From the NCBI GenBank assembly GCA_964016885.1, contig CAXHJY010001432.1, positions 13,277-77,276 of the forward strand: 64,000 nucleotides of DNA, in the 5' to 3' direction. Source of the stretch: Eledone cirrhosa. Taxonomy: Eukaryota. Below the pieces are notes generated by a model. It was not told the DNA's origin and ran no database searches. It saw only the letters and a program-made list of their open reading frames with translations. Shown here piece by piece: positions 1-13,239 of this stretch (its first letter is position 1; each line of letters begins with the position of its first letter). The position numbers were made by a program, and so were the translations under genes.

Positions 1-87
1 CTGTGATGCGCGGGAAGTAACTTTCACACATTTTAACAACAGAGCAAAGGTCGACTTACACCCGGGCAACGCCGGGTATTTCTGCTA

Positions 88-88
<1 letters not shown>
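1..88 (+). mobile_element. Helitron-type 3' terminus (element continues off the left edge)
   Basis: GC hairpin cccgggcaacgccggg (61-76), then CTAG at 85-88 running into (TA)n. This is the canonical Helitron 3' signature. Confidence 0.7.
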
Positions 89-167
<79 letters not shown>

Positions 168-213
168 ATAAACATTTTCAAGTATTAAGAAAAATAAATG
201 CAGATATGTATTT

Positions 214-277
<64 letters not shown>

Positions 278-281
<4 letters not shown>

Positions 282-406
282 GCCGTCGAAACGGCTTGAG
301 CTCTGCCGTCGGGGTCATACTTTTTCCTATTTCCCACTCTACTACCCTAAGTATTGAGTACTCTGGTGCGTTATGGTCCATTTGGTTCCTTACCACAATT
401 CCTTTG

Positions 407-410
<4 letters not shown>
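278..410 (+). repeat. Short pLTR-like repeat (family A) carrying the 3' half of a hammerhead
   Basis: agccgtcGAAACGGCttgagctctGCCGTCgggg...cttaccac. Homologous copies at ~32172, 33700, 34035, 43260, 45813 and 46036. Embedded in (TA)n. Confidence 0.75.
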
Positions 411-455
<45 letters not shown>

Positions 456-1012
456 AAAAAAAGGAAAAGAATGGCTTCTCTTGTAGTTCTAAACAATTTA
501 ATTAAATTTATATTATAATTTTACAATGTGGTTTTTCTGATCTAGTAAGTTCTTTTTTAACTTCGGCGGAGAGATATTTAAAGATTCCTGATTAACTTTC
601 CTGGTTAACTCATAGCAAGGGAGATAAAAAGAAAAACATAAAGAATTGAAAGAAAGAAAAGCAGAAGATATGATATTTCTTTCTGAGCTTACGTGTACAT
701 ATGGTTTTGTAATTTCTGTTTACATCTGCTAGTTTTATGAATAATACCTGTTCCCTTCCCCACTGCTGCTAATAAAACTATAAGTTTAGGTAGGAAATTA
801 TGTCATCACGATTAGATTAGTTAGGTGCCAAATTCTGACACGGAGAACGATCCCCAGTTATGTTTATTTATCAGTTTAATCTCTAATTCTCCTGTTTTTC
901 TTATTGAAGTTATTGTAGTAGTTGTTGTCGTCGTTAGCTTTGTTTTTTTTTGTTTTTTTTTTGTAAAGTGATTTTTGCACGCTGGCGTTATGAATCACTA
1001 AAACAATGAACT

Positions 1013-1045
<33 letters not shown>

Positions 1046-1370
1046 ACACACACACACACATATATATATATGCTTGTGTTTGAGTGTGTGCGTTCATATG
1101 CATATATATATATATATGTGTCTGTGTGTGTGTGGAGAGAGAGCGAGAGAGACAGAGAGCGAGAGAGTCTGCAATGCTGAGACCAGGGAACATGAACCGA
1201 TACCGCTTGGCGCCGCAGTTGGGATTATACATCTCTCTCTCTCTTTAGAGATTGTTTTAGTAAAAACAGGAGTAAGCAGGAGAAAGCTCTCAACATTCGT
1301 AGTTTTTAGTTACGATGAAGATTTTTATAAAACTAAAAATAATAATGCTGATGTTACATAAATCGTTTAA

Positions 1371-1457
1371 TCATTATAATTATTTCCACGGTTCTCCATG
1401 CAATCGACAAGTCCTTTATACATTTGTTGTTGTTATGAGAACGGTTTCCTCAGATGA
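1371..1457 (-). ncRNA. Type I hammerhead ribozyme motif, long stem II
   Basis: Minus strand: tcat-CTGAGGA-a-accgttctc...gagaaccgt-g-GAAA-T-AATT-A-TA-atga. 4-bp stem I, palindromic stem III loop, AUA cleavage triplet. Confidence 0.6.
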
Positions 1458-1519
1458 AATCCGATTTAGCGATATGCTGCCGACAGGAAAAAACACACGT
1501 CCTTCTGCTCGTGTGTACA

Positions 1520-1564
<45 letters not shown>

Positions 1565-1946
1565 TAAATTCAGCGAGAATCGCATTTCGGCGGGTAGAAA
1601 AAGCGAAACGAAACGCAAAATCAGAGTTATGCTGGCAAGCGCTGAATAGTTAAAAAACCAGAGCTAAACATATATGTTAAAACGCCATATATATATGTAA
1701 TTCAGAGTTCCTGAATTTTTTTCATATATATATATATATTTAAATATAGGGGGAATGTTTAGATCTAGGTATATATATATATATATATATTGTTATGCTT
1801 TGGGAGGGTCATGTTGCTAATAAGAAACACACGCACCAGTAGCTTTCACTTCAATTTATTATAAGTTAAATTTATAAATTTAGGAATTTATAAATTTCCG
1901 GTTGGTTAGTTGGTTGGTTCCACAGCCAGACGATTGTTCATATATT

Positions 1947-1989
1947 GTCAAAGTTCTTTCGTCACACATTCTGTGACCTCTTCAGTGAC
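1947..1989 (-). ncRNA. Hammerhead motif in the inverted pLTR copy
   Basis: Reverse complement of the motif at 5054-5096. Confidence 0.55.
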
Positions 1990-2203
1990 TGGGGATTCTT
2001 TTCTTTGTTTTTGTGCCTCTCCTTTGTTCTGTCCTACGCCATCTTGTTTTTGTGTGTGTTGTGTGCTTAGTTTGCGCATGTGTTACATCCGGGTGTCTGT
2101 GTGTGTTTATATTTGTTTATTTATTTGTTTATTTACATGCTATTGGTTGGTTGTTTGTTCTATGTGTGTGTGTGTGTTTTCATTTTGTCCTTAATTATAA
2201 ATT

Positions 2204-4858
2204 GTGATGTTGCTATTCCATTCATGTTATAGAGTAGATAATAACAATGAGCCAGAGGAAAGAGACAGGAGTAATAATGAGAGACATAGAAACAACCATG
2301 AGGTTGTTGGTGGAAACAGAAATAGAAACAACACAACTAACAATAACAATAGCAATAGTATACATAAAGCAGCAGCCTGGAACTCTACTTTCTATAATCC
2401 TTTCGATATGTCCTTCGACCTACGACGAGTCCACGCCGCGACTTTAGATTTTAACAAACGCACGCAATTGCCGTCGCAGGTCGATGAACAAACAGAAGCA
2501 CAATTTAGTATAGCTAGATCTAAACTTAGAAATAATATAGAACAGTATAGCAAGAAGCAAAATAGAATGGAGGCCCAGAAACTGGGAGAAAAATCTGCAA
2601 ATGACTTGCGTAAGCTCATGCAGCGCTCGCGTAATGGTGAGATTGCATGCTTTCCAACAGACAAGTCTGGCAGAATGTCGGTTGACAGTCTGTCAAACTA
2701 CATCCAGGCAATGCAACCCCACATCACTAACACAAGAGAAGTAACACCACAAGAGCATGAGGATAGGGAAAAAACCCTCAATGCCCATATGATGATGTGG
2801 ACAAACATAATGCAGCCCAACAAAAGGACTGCCAACAACTTCCAGGCCTGGAACAATGACGTGCCAGCGTTGTATGGGCTTCGTAAAGACCATAAAACGA
2901 GCAGTGACCCTGTCACAGGACCACCAATACGGCCAGTCTGTGAAGCTAACATTAGTAACTACAGACTTTCCTACTTCCTCTCCCTGATCATACACCCCAT
3001 CATTGAAATGTCCCCAGATATATGTGACAGCACGGAGGACCTCCTCAGCAGAATCGGCGAGAGTAACCGATCTAGGGACCTAACAAACTGCATAATAGAT
3101 AGTATGGATGTTGTGTCCCTATATCCATATATTGACGTGGATTTTGCTGTGGAGAAATGCGTAGAAATGATCAGTGATTTGGTACGGTTGATGAGAAACG
3201 TGTCCCGCATGTGCAACCCCAAAGAACTAGAGAGACACATACAACACTTCATCCACCGTATGCAGTTCTCTGGTTACAATCAGAGAGATAAAATCAGAGG
3301 TCATATGTATCTACATAATCATTACTATAGATAAGTTTAAGTAGGAGTCCCAGCTCACTGGTATCAATCCCACAGAATTCAACATTGCTCTCACTGATCA
3401 TTTCTGTGCCCTACAAGGCCAGCAAGAGACAGACCACCTACCATTACCTCAATGGCCAAGAAAACCCACACAGATAGATGGAACGGGTGGACCAGAGCCA
3501 TACGGACCCCCGAAAATCACGATGAACTAAACAAAATGATTGCACATGCGGTGGGGGCCAGTATAAAATTAACTCTTAAGGAACATATGTTCAAATTTAA
3601 TGGTAAAACATATGCCCAAGAGGAGGGAGCAGCCATTGGTGTTAGCATTGCAAGTGACATAGCTAACCTATTCATGGTATGGTGGGACAATAGACTTAAA
3701 CTTAAACTTAAAGAACAATTAGAAGACAGCAACCTCTTGACCCTGATAATGTAACCCGCTACGTTGATGATATAAACATCCTAGTAAAAACACCCGCACT
3801 AGATAACAGTCAGGAATTAGAGAAAAACACCATGGAAAGCATCCACCAAATAGCTAACTCCATCCACCAGAGTATTAGAGTTACTATAGACTACCCAAGG
3901 AAACACCCAAACTATCGATTACCTGTACTAGACACAGAGCTCTGGTTAGATACCATTAATAACAAAAAACAAATCCTCCATTCCCATTATGCCAAACCCA
4001 TGACTTCCAAATATCTGATCCACCGAAACTCAGCTGTTTCGGACCATACCAAAATCAACATACTGATTGCGGATTTGGTACGGTTGATGAGAAACGTGTC
4101 CCGCGTGTGCAACGCGGGAGAACTAGAGAGACACATACAACACTTCATCCACCGTATGCAGTTCTCTGGTTACAATCAGAGAGATAAAATCAGAGTATAT
4201 AGAGGAGCCAGAACCAAATGGGAAACAAATGGTAAATAATGATACAAATGGGACCTGCCCCTTGTATAGGAGCAAATTTTGGAATGGAATAGAAAGAACT
4301 AGGAATAAGGTTAATAGAATAAACTCATGGTATGATAGCAATAAATACCAGAGTGTAATGTTCATCAATACAACCCCTAGAGGTGAATTAGCTTACAAAT
4401 TTAGAAGGGCCCTAGATAAACATAAACTCAATATTAAGATAGTAGAAAGACCAGGTACCTCCATAAAAACATTTATTAGCAATACATACCCTTTTCAAGG
4501 ACCTCCCTGTATAGATAAGAAATGTATAATCTGTAAACTAAGCCCCCATATTAACTGTAAAACTAGAAATGTAGTATATAGCATAAAATGTACTGAAGGA
4601 CAATGTAGAGATAAGAATATAGTGTACATAGGTGAGACAGCTCGTAGTATAGGAGAACGGATAAATGAACACTGGCGAGAGCTTCAAGATAGTAAAGAAT
4701 CATCTGTACTCCACCAACATGCTAAAATAGAACATAAGGGTAAATTAGAGAACATAGAAATAAAAATAGCATCTACAGAGGCAATAAACATAAACGAACT
4801 TCAACCAAAATTAAATAGAAAACATGAATGGAATAGCAATATCACAACTTACAAATAA
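2204..4858 (+). pseudogene. Penelope-like reverse transcriptase/GIY-YIG endonuclease ORF, frameshifted and rearranged
   Basis: Split over ORFs 2204-3334, 3452-3754, 3832-4239 and 4229-4858. Frameshift at ~3752 just before RYVDD. A Cys-rich linker CIDKKCIIC...C precedes the GIY-YIG domain. Confidence 0.9.
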
Positions 4859-5053
4859 GGACAAAATGAAAACACACACACATAACAAACAACCAACCAG
4901 TAACATGTAAATAAACAAATAAATAAACAAATATAAACACACACAGACACCCGGATGTAACACATGCGTAAACTAAGCACACAACACACACAAAAACAAG
5001 ATGGCGTAGGACAGAACAAAGGAGGGGCACAAAAACAAAGAAAAGAATCCCCA

Positions 5054-5096
5054 GTCACTGAAGAGGTCACAGAATGTGTGACGAAAGAACTTTGAC
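5054..5096 (+). ncRNA. Minimal hammerhead motif in the Penelope-like pLTR
   Basis: gtca-CTGAAGA-g-GTCAC-agaatgt-GTGAC-GAAA-G-aa-C-TT-tgac. 4-bp stem I, 5-bp stem II, very short stem III. Confidence 0.55.
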
Positions 5097-5394
5097 AATA
5101 TATGAACAATCGTCTGGTTGTTGAACAAACCAACCAACCGGAAATTTATAAATTCCTAAATTTATAATAAATTGAAGTGAAAGCTACTGGTGCGTGTGTT
5201 TCTTATTGGCAACATGACCCTCCCAAAGCATAACAATATCGGTTTCAACACACGTTTTCAGATAAAGAATCTTCCTAAACAAATTCAGAAACGAAATATA
5301 TATATATATAATTCAGAGTTCCTGATTTTTTTTCATATATATATTTAAATATAGGGTGAATGTATAGAATTAGGTATACATATATATATATATA

Positions 5395-6330
5395 TGAGGA
5401 AATTGTAGTTACTTGAAGCATTGCATAATGTGGTATAAACGTTTGGAGTTAGAAGGCCAAAACAATGCAGGTATGGATATAGAATATAAATACAAATGCA
5501 AAAGATATTGTTGACAATTAGTCTTTTACCTTAAATTTATTTGAATATGCTTAATTTTCGAGATAATATCTCTTCTTCAGAGAGAAGTAAACGGGTTAAT
5601 CCAGTGTTCTAATTAGTTTGCCATGTCATGCTGACACGAATGGTATATAGATTCCATTCTATCTCTAATGTCAAAGAGTGAAGGTTAGGTGGATAAAGAG
5701 TTGTCTCGCTTTAAAAGGAGTTTTGTAGATGTATGTTTAAGTGTGTGGGAGAATACGTGAAGGTGTAAATATGCGTATGTGTGTGTGTGTGTGAGTGTGA
5801 GAGGATATGTCTATATGTAAATGTGGGGGGGCTAGATGCTCTATCATGTTAAAACTGGTCTTTGTGTGCGTATGTGTGTGTGTGTGTGCCTGTGCGTGTG
5901 TGTGTGTGAGAGGGGTTGCTTGGGGGTGAAAGTGTGGGGCTAGGTGCTATATCATGTTAAAAATTGTGTGTTGAGTTCTAGTCTATTATTGGTGGTTGTG
6001 TTTCGTTTATAATCAGTGCTTCTTTAATTCTAAGATTGTCGAGGTTTCTTTCCTTAGCTTCTATCTTAACTGTTATGTTTTTGTTGGTGTTTTTGCATTT
6101 CACTAGGTGTTTCTTAAATGAGGAAGCGTTATTGAGGTATTGAGGTATTCTTTGATTCTTATGTGAAGTGGTATGGTGGTGCTACCTATGTAGAAATTGC
6201 TGCATTTGTCGAACTCTAATCTGTATACGGCGTAAGCCTGGTGGCATAGGTCTGTGTCGTTGATGGGGCAGTTGGCTAGCCTGCAGCGGCTGTCATTTCT
6301 GGTGGAGTGTCTTTTGGTTAGCTGTCTTTT
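5395..6330 (-). mobile_element. 3' fragment of a second Penelope-like element (GIY-YIG end + pLTR)
   Basis: Manual minus-strand translation of ~6000-6290: CRLANCPINDTDLCHQAYAVYRLEFDKCSNFYIGSTTIPLHIRIKEY / NASSFKKHLVKC...LRIKEALII. An 8-bp duplication causes a frameshift. Confidence 0.75.
5550..5584 (-). ncRNA. Minimal hammerhead motif in the second PLE pLTR
   Basis: Minus: ct-CTGAAGA-a-GAGAT-att-ATCTC-GAAA-ATTA-ag. Stem I is weak. Confidence 0.45.
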
Positions 6331-6633
6331 CGCGAAACGGCTGGACCGAACAGAACCAAATTTGCACCATAGATGTAACTTTTTCCAAGTAAGAAAGTGA
6401 GGGCATTTATGTCTACTAAATTTGGTTAAAAGATTAAAGATATTTTATTGTTTATTTAAATATTCACTTATTTAAAATTTGTAAATGTCAACACTTCCGG
6501 TTAGCGATCTCTTTCTTTCTTAGTCTATCTTTTTAGATAGAAACATAGCTATAACGTCGCGTCCTTATAATATCTGTCTGTATGACTGGCTGTCTGCATT
6601 ACGAAAACCATTCTGTACATTGACTTCGTTATC

Positions 6634-8014
<1,381 letters not shown>

Positions 8015-8406
8015 TTAGTATCATAAATAAGAGACAGTTTAATTTGTACATTTTATTACAGCATTCCTTTATACGTATATATACATACATAAACATGTTA
8101 TTTACAGTTGTATAAAAAAGAAGTATAATTGCTTCTACTTTTGGCACAAGGCTAGCAATTATCCCAGTACATTACTGGTACTTTATTATATATAATATAT
8201 ATAATACGACATTCCTCTCTCTTTCTTACTCTGTGTTTTTAGATAGATACATAGCTATAACGTCGCGTCCTTATAATATCTGTCTGTATGTTTGCCTGTC
8301 TGCATTGACGGTCCCGGCAATTGCTCTGTATAATCAGTTCCTGATTATTACTGGAATTCTATAAGAATCCAGCGTCTATAATTTTCAACAAAGGTCGGCG
8401 AGTGCT

Positions 8407-8450
8407 AAGCTCTGATGATCACCAACAGTGTGAAAGAGATCTGTCAGTTT
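8407..8450 (+). ncRNA. Minimal hammerhead motif
   Basis: aagct-CTGATGA-t-CAC-caaca-GTG-t-GAAA-g-AGATCT-GTC-agttt. Palindromic stem III loop and GUC triplet, with one stem III mismatch. Confidence 0.6.
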
Positions 8451-8628
8451 ATCTCCCTTCGTTTGTTGAAAAAAGAAGTAAGTGACATAGTCACTACTTT
8501 AAAATAATAGCGGAAGGTCTTCAAAATGTTTTTAATTAAGCAGAGATTATATTGCCAAATATACTATACATATATACATGTATACATTGCTATTTCAGAG
8601 CACCAATCCTAATATATATATATATATA

Positions 8629-9075
8629 CTAGCAGAGGTACCCGGCGTTGCTCGGATATTAAATAGCAGTTGTGTATACCATTTATGTCAATACTTCAGT
8701 GCCGCTTCGAAAACTATATTTTTACAAAATCATCCGCGTTTTTCAAAAGGGGGTTCCTGCCCCCCAGGGGTCCCCTACCCAATATGTGCCAATTCTGAGA
8801 GTTCACATTCATCTGTAGGACAAACGTAGCCCATGTGTCAAGTTTTGTGAAAATCGGTTGTGAACTCCAGAAGTTATGACGTTTTGTTGCCTTGCACTGC
8901 AGTGCTTCAGTCGACTCCAAGGAAGTGGTTAAAGTGGTTAAAGGGATTATCTGCCGGGGGGCCCTATAATCAATATCTGGAAAAATGACAGATGCCCATG
9001 ACCATCCGGAGTACATAAGTAACCTATGTCTTAAGTTTGGTGAAAATACTGTAGAAATACATAAGGTTTATACAT
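8629..9075 (-). mobile_element. Non-autonomous Helitron-like element
   Basis: Minus-strand 3' end ccgagcaacgccgggtacctctgCTAG (CTAG at 8629-8632), closely similar to the terminus at 61-88. The 5' boundary is approximate. Confidence 0.65.
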
Positions 9076-9108
9076 ACGCGCGTGCGTTCGTGTGTGTGTG
9101 TGTGTGTG

Positions 9109-9182
<74 letters not shown>

Positions 9183-9647
9183 ATGTGTGTGTGTGTGTGT
9201 GTGTGTGTATTTGTGTGTGCGTATGTATGTGTATGTCCGTCGGGGCATACGTATGTACTGGCCTAAATCTTCACTATTTACTTTTACTATTTTAATAACC
9301 CTTGTCATTTTCGTTTTCAATTTTATTTACATCATTCTTAAACTCCGGGGCTGGAAATCATTCTGTTATTTTAAATAGAATATTAGTCTAACGACTCCAT
9401 TTATACCATAAACTTGGTCTTGTCTTTGCATGAAATTGTTCTTCACGATCCACATAACGATGTATTATCCTCGCTTTTTTCCCGTTCGTTGCCAGGGAAC
9501 GTCTTCACGAACCAAAATATCGTCTTCCTGTTTTCGTTCGGTTGCAACGTTTCTCGAAATATTTACTCCTGCATTCACAGATTACTCACTTCAATTTGAA
9601 TGGGAAATTCCTGTTTCATCGATTTTCTCCGTAACCATGGAAGCTTG

Positions 9648-11215
9648 TAGCTGCCAAAAGTTTATTAACAGCGAAATAACGTTGTCTTTGATATGTTATT
9701 TTAAATAAGACAATGAATTGAAAAATACTACTTACTGTTAGTGGTGGTTAACATGTATTAGAAATAAAATGAAAATGATATCTGAAAAAACGTACTTGAG
9801 AACATGACTCCCTTCTTCGCAATTTAAGGGTTTTATTTCTTTTGATGGAAAACAGTGACTGTTTTCGGTTTGGCATTTCGTAAAATAGTACTGCAGAATT
9901 GATTTCATAAAACGGTACTGTATGATAGTTTACACTTTGATTGCCCTGGTGAGCAAGAGGGGCCTCTATATATTAGATATTTATTAGAAGAGGGGGAAAT
10001 AACTAACCCCAGTATTAGAACAGGGGGTTCGCAATGTTAGGGTTCTATTTCTTTTGTTAGAAAACAGTTATTTTTTCGTTTTGGCATTTCGTAAAATTCT
10101 ACTGCAGATTCGATTTCATAAAACAGTACTGTATGATCGTTATAGAATTATTTAAATTTAATATAGAGCAATTGTATTTTAAAAATGAAAATGAAACGTA
10201 CTCTAGTAGCCAAAAGTTTATTAACAGCGAAATAACGTTGTCTTTGATATGTTGTTTTAAATAAGACAATGAATCGAAAAATACTACTTACTGTTAGTGG
10301 TGGTTAACATGTATTAGAAATAAAATGAAAATGATATCTGAAAAAACGTACTTGAGAACATGACTCCATTCTTCGCATTTTAAGGGTTTTATATCTTTTG
10401 ATGGAAAACAGTGACCGTTTTCGGATTGGCATTTCGTAAAACAGCGGATTGGCATTTCGTTAACAGCGAAAGAACGCTGCGAAAGAACGCTGCGAAAGAA
10501 CGCTGCAAAATAAATTGATGAGTTTAAAAATTTGTATGAAATTGTAATTAAGACAATGAATATTGAAAGTAGTAGAACAGGGGGAAATAACTCAATTAGA
10601 CGTTTATTAGAAGAGGGGGAAATAACTAACCCCAGTATTAGAACATGGGGTTCGCAATGTAAGAGTTTTATTTACGGTACTGTATTATCGTTATAAAAGT
10701 ATTTAAATTTAATATACAGCAACTCTAATTGAAAAATGAAATCGAAACGTACTGTAGAAGGCAACAGTTTATTAATCTGCATTTTCAAACTTGCATATCA
10801 TCGACATTGCTATTTCGCTGTTAATAAACAACGCTTTTTCACGTCGCTCCACTTCTCATTGTATGCCGTCCAGTCCCAAGTGCATATTTCTTTTTTTTTT
10901 CCTGATACTGCTTCTTTATAATAAACTTTCAATAAAATGTTTCAAATTATTGGTACTGTATGTTAACAGCGAAAGAACGTTGATGAGTTTTAAAATGTGC
11001 ATGAAATTGTAATCTACCTCTCATTATACGCCGTTCAGTCCCAAGTGCATATTTCTATTTTTTTCCCTGAAACTGCTTCTTTATAATAAACTTTCAATAA
11101 CATTTTTCAAATTATTGGTACTGTATGTTAACAGCGAAAGAACGTTGATGAGTTTAAAAATTTATATGAAATTGTATATAAGACAAAAGTATTAGAACAG
11201 GGGGAAATAACTCAC
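9648..11215. repeat. Complex internally duplicated AT-rich repeat
   Basis: About 9650-9890 recurs at about 10208-10440. About 10855-11010 recurs at about 11020-11175. The segment aacagcgaaagaacg is repeated several times. Confidence 0.7.
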
Positions 11216-11511
11216 CGAACGCGATAGTTTTGGGGCCCCAGGGACCACATTTTTCAAGTTAGAGATTTGAAACCTCGTCTATTTGCTTCTTGGCACTTTT
11301 TACATAGGTGTGTAAATTTTAATGTCCGTCCGACCACGTCTACTACCATTTAACCGTGCACATCTGAATTTCAACCACCGAACATTTCACAAATATATAT
11401 TATATATATATATAAATATATATATTAGTAAAAGGAAAAGAAAATGGTGACAAATTGCTCCCAGTGAAAAATAGTTTAATTAGGAATAAGTAAAAATTTG
11501 TAATAAGTATG

Positions 11512-11542
<31 letters not shown>

Positions 11543-11890
11543 ATATATTCGTGTACATAGTGTGTACATACTTATTACAAATTTTTACTTATTCCTAATT
11601 AAACTATTTTTCACTGGGATGTGAGAAAAACCACAGACCCTCCATCTCAACTCACCTTTTGAAAAGCAGAAGAACTGCGAAACCGGTAAAGGAACCAAAT
11701 AAATATATATATTTTTAAAAAAAATAAGACTTCAGTTGCATTTTCGATTTCATCCCTTTTTCTTTATATATATATATATATTTGTGAAATGGGCGGTGGT
11801 TGAAATTCAGTTGTGCACGGTTAAATGGTAATAGACGTGGTCGGACGGATATGAAAATGTACACACCTATGTAAAAAGTGCCAAGGAAGC

Positions 11891-11955
<65 letters not shown>

Positions 11956-11964
11956 TATATTCGT

Positions 11965-12334
11965 GTACATATTTTCAACAGTAATACTATATTATATATT
12001 TTCACCAATGATACTGTCCTATATATTTTCAACAGTAATACTGTACTACATATTTTCAACATTAATACTATACTATATATTTTCGACAGTAATACTATAC
12101 TATATATTTTCAACAATGATTCTATACTATACTATATATTTTCAACAGTAATACTATACTATATATTTTCAACAGTAATACTATACTATATGTATTCAAC
12201 AGTCATACTATACTACACAGACGGCTTATCGTCTGTTTATCAAAGCGAAGCTAGGTACGTCAGGTATACATATATATCTGGATGCCGTAGAACACGCCAA
12301 TGGTAGCCGGACGCCAGCCGGACGGGCCAGCTAG
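11965..12334 (+). mobile_element. Helitron-like 3' end preceded by a ~27-bp minisatellite
   Basis: Tandem atattttcaacagtaatactatact units at 11965-12215, then GC-rich ccggacgccagccggacgggcc followed by CTAG (12331-12334) and (TA)n. Confidence 0.55.
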
Positions 12335-12352
12335 TATATATATATATATATA

Positions 12353-12769
12353 CAATGATATTAAATAAATGGAAACTATATTTATAAAGCCATATTTATT
12401 TTATTATATATATTTCAAGGGTAACCAAGACAACATTGCTACGCTTTTATCAGATAAAATACAAAGTTTGTTTTATAATAGGGTCATACCCAGTGAATTT
12501 CCAACCGATAAGGTATGATTTTCATGGGTATGTCTCTATTTATAAAACAAACTTTGTATTTTATCTGATGAAAGCGTACCAATGTTGTCTTGGTTACCCT
12601 TGAAATATATATAATAAAATAAATATGGTTTTATAAATATAGTTTTATAAATATAGTTTCCATTTATTTAATATCATTGAATATTTACTCCAGTAACTTG
12701 TTGAGTGCTCTAAATCAGTTATAAACATTTATGTTTGTCGGACTTCCAACAAATTAAATACCACTTCTA

Positions 12770-12772
<3 letters not shown>
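12353..12772 (+). mobile_element. Fold-back (palindromic) pLTR-like element with a hammerhead in each arm
   Basis: About 12353-12490 is the inverted complement of about 12525-12679. The same family starts again at 63931-64000. Confidence 0.75.
12557..12621 (+). ncRNA. Type I hammerhead ribozyme motif
   Basis: tattttat-CTGATGA-aagcgtaccaa(tgttgtc)ttggttaccctt-GAAA-T-ATAT-A-TA-ataaaata. 8-bp stem I, long stem II, palindromic stem III loop. The inverted copy at 12397-12461 has a CTGATAA core mutation. Confidence 0.75.
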
Positions 12773-12841
<69 letters not shown>

Positions 12842-12896
12842 CAAGGTTTAGCAAATAAGAATAAGTTTCAAAAAATTCACTGTACTTGCTATGGTT

Positions 12897-12983
12897 ACCT
12901 TTACCGAATCAGTTTCGAGTCTCAAAAATAAATGGATAGTCCTTGTGTGTTTCCATTGAAAAGATAAACTGTCGTCAGAAGGT
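12897..12983 (-). ncRNA. Hammerhead motif with a large stem II loop
   Basis: Minus: acctt-CTGACGA-c-agttt...agact-c-GAAAC-tgattcg-GTA-aaggt. Confidence 0.5.
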
Positions 12984-13239
12984 TCTTTTCACTCGGAGAA
13001 TATAAAATTCCCGAGTTCAAATTACGAACTGGCGCTATTCAAAATTGTTCCCGAGATGAGAATGAATGATGTGGAAGCAATTCTGTCCAGTGCCGTGTGC
13101 AAAGATAGAAGGCAGAAGCAGGGAGGTTAATCTACTACCACTATAAATAGCAATAGTCAAAACGACCAAATTTCATCTCGACCAGGGGGAGATTAATAAT
13201 AATTAAGTGTATATCCCTACACGCAAAAAACATATATAT

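Larger units (their letters stand above)
1789..5296 (+). mobile_element. Penelope-like retroelement (RT + GIY-YIG), disrupted, with inverted pLTR-type repeats
   Basis: ORF pieces 2204-4858 carry PLE RT motifs (PTDKSG, LYGLRKDHK, RPV, DVVSLY, QEEGAAIG, RYVDD at 3757, LPVLD) and a GIY-YIG domain (VVY...YIGETAR...R..EH). About 1789-2210 is the reverse complement of about 4835-5238. Confidence 0.92.

Noticed and set aside
9400-9640. Possible transposase C-terminal remnant on the minus strand
   Set aside because: Multiple stops and no motif I could assign confidently.
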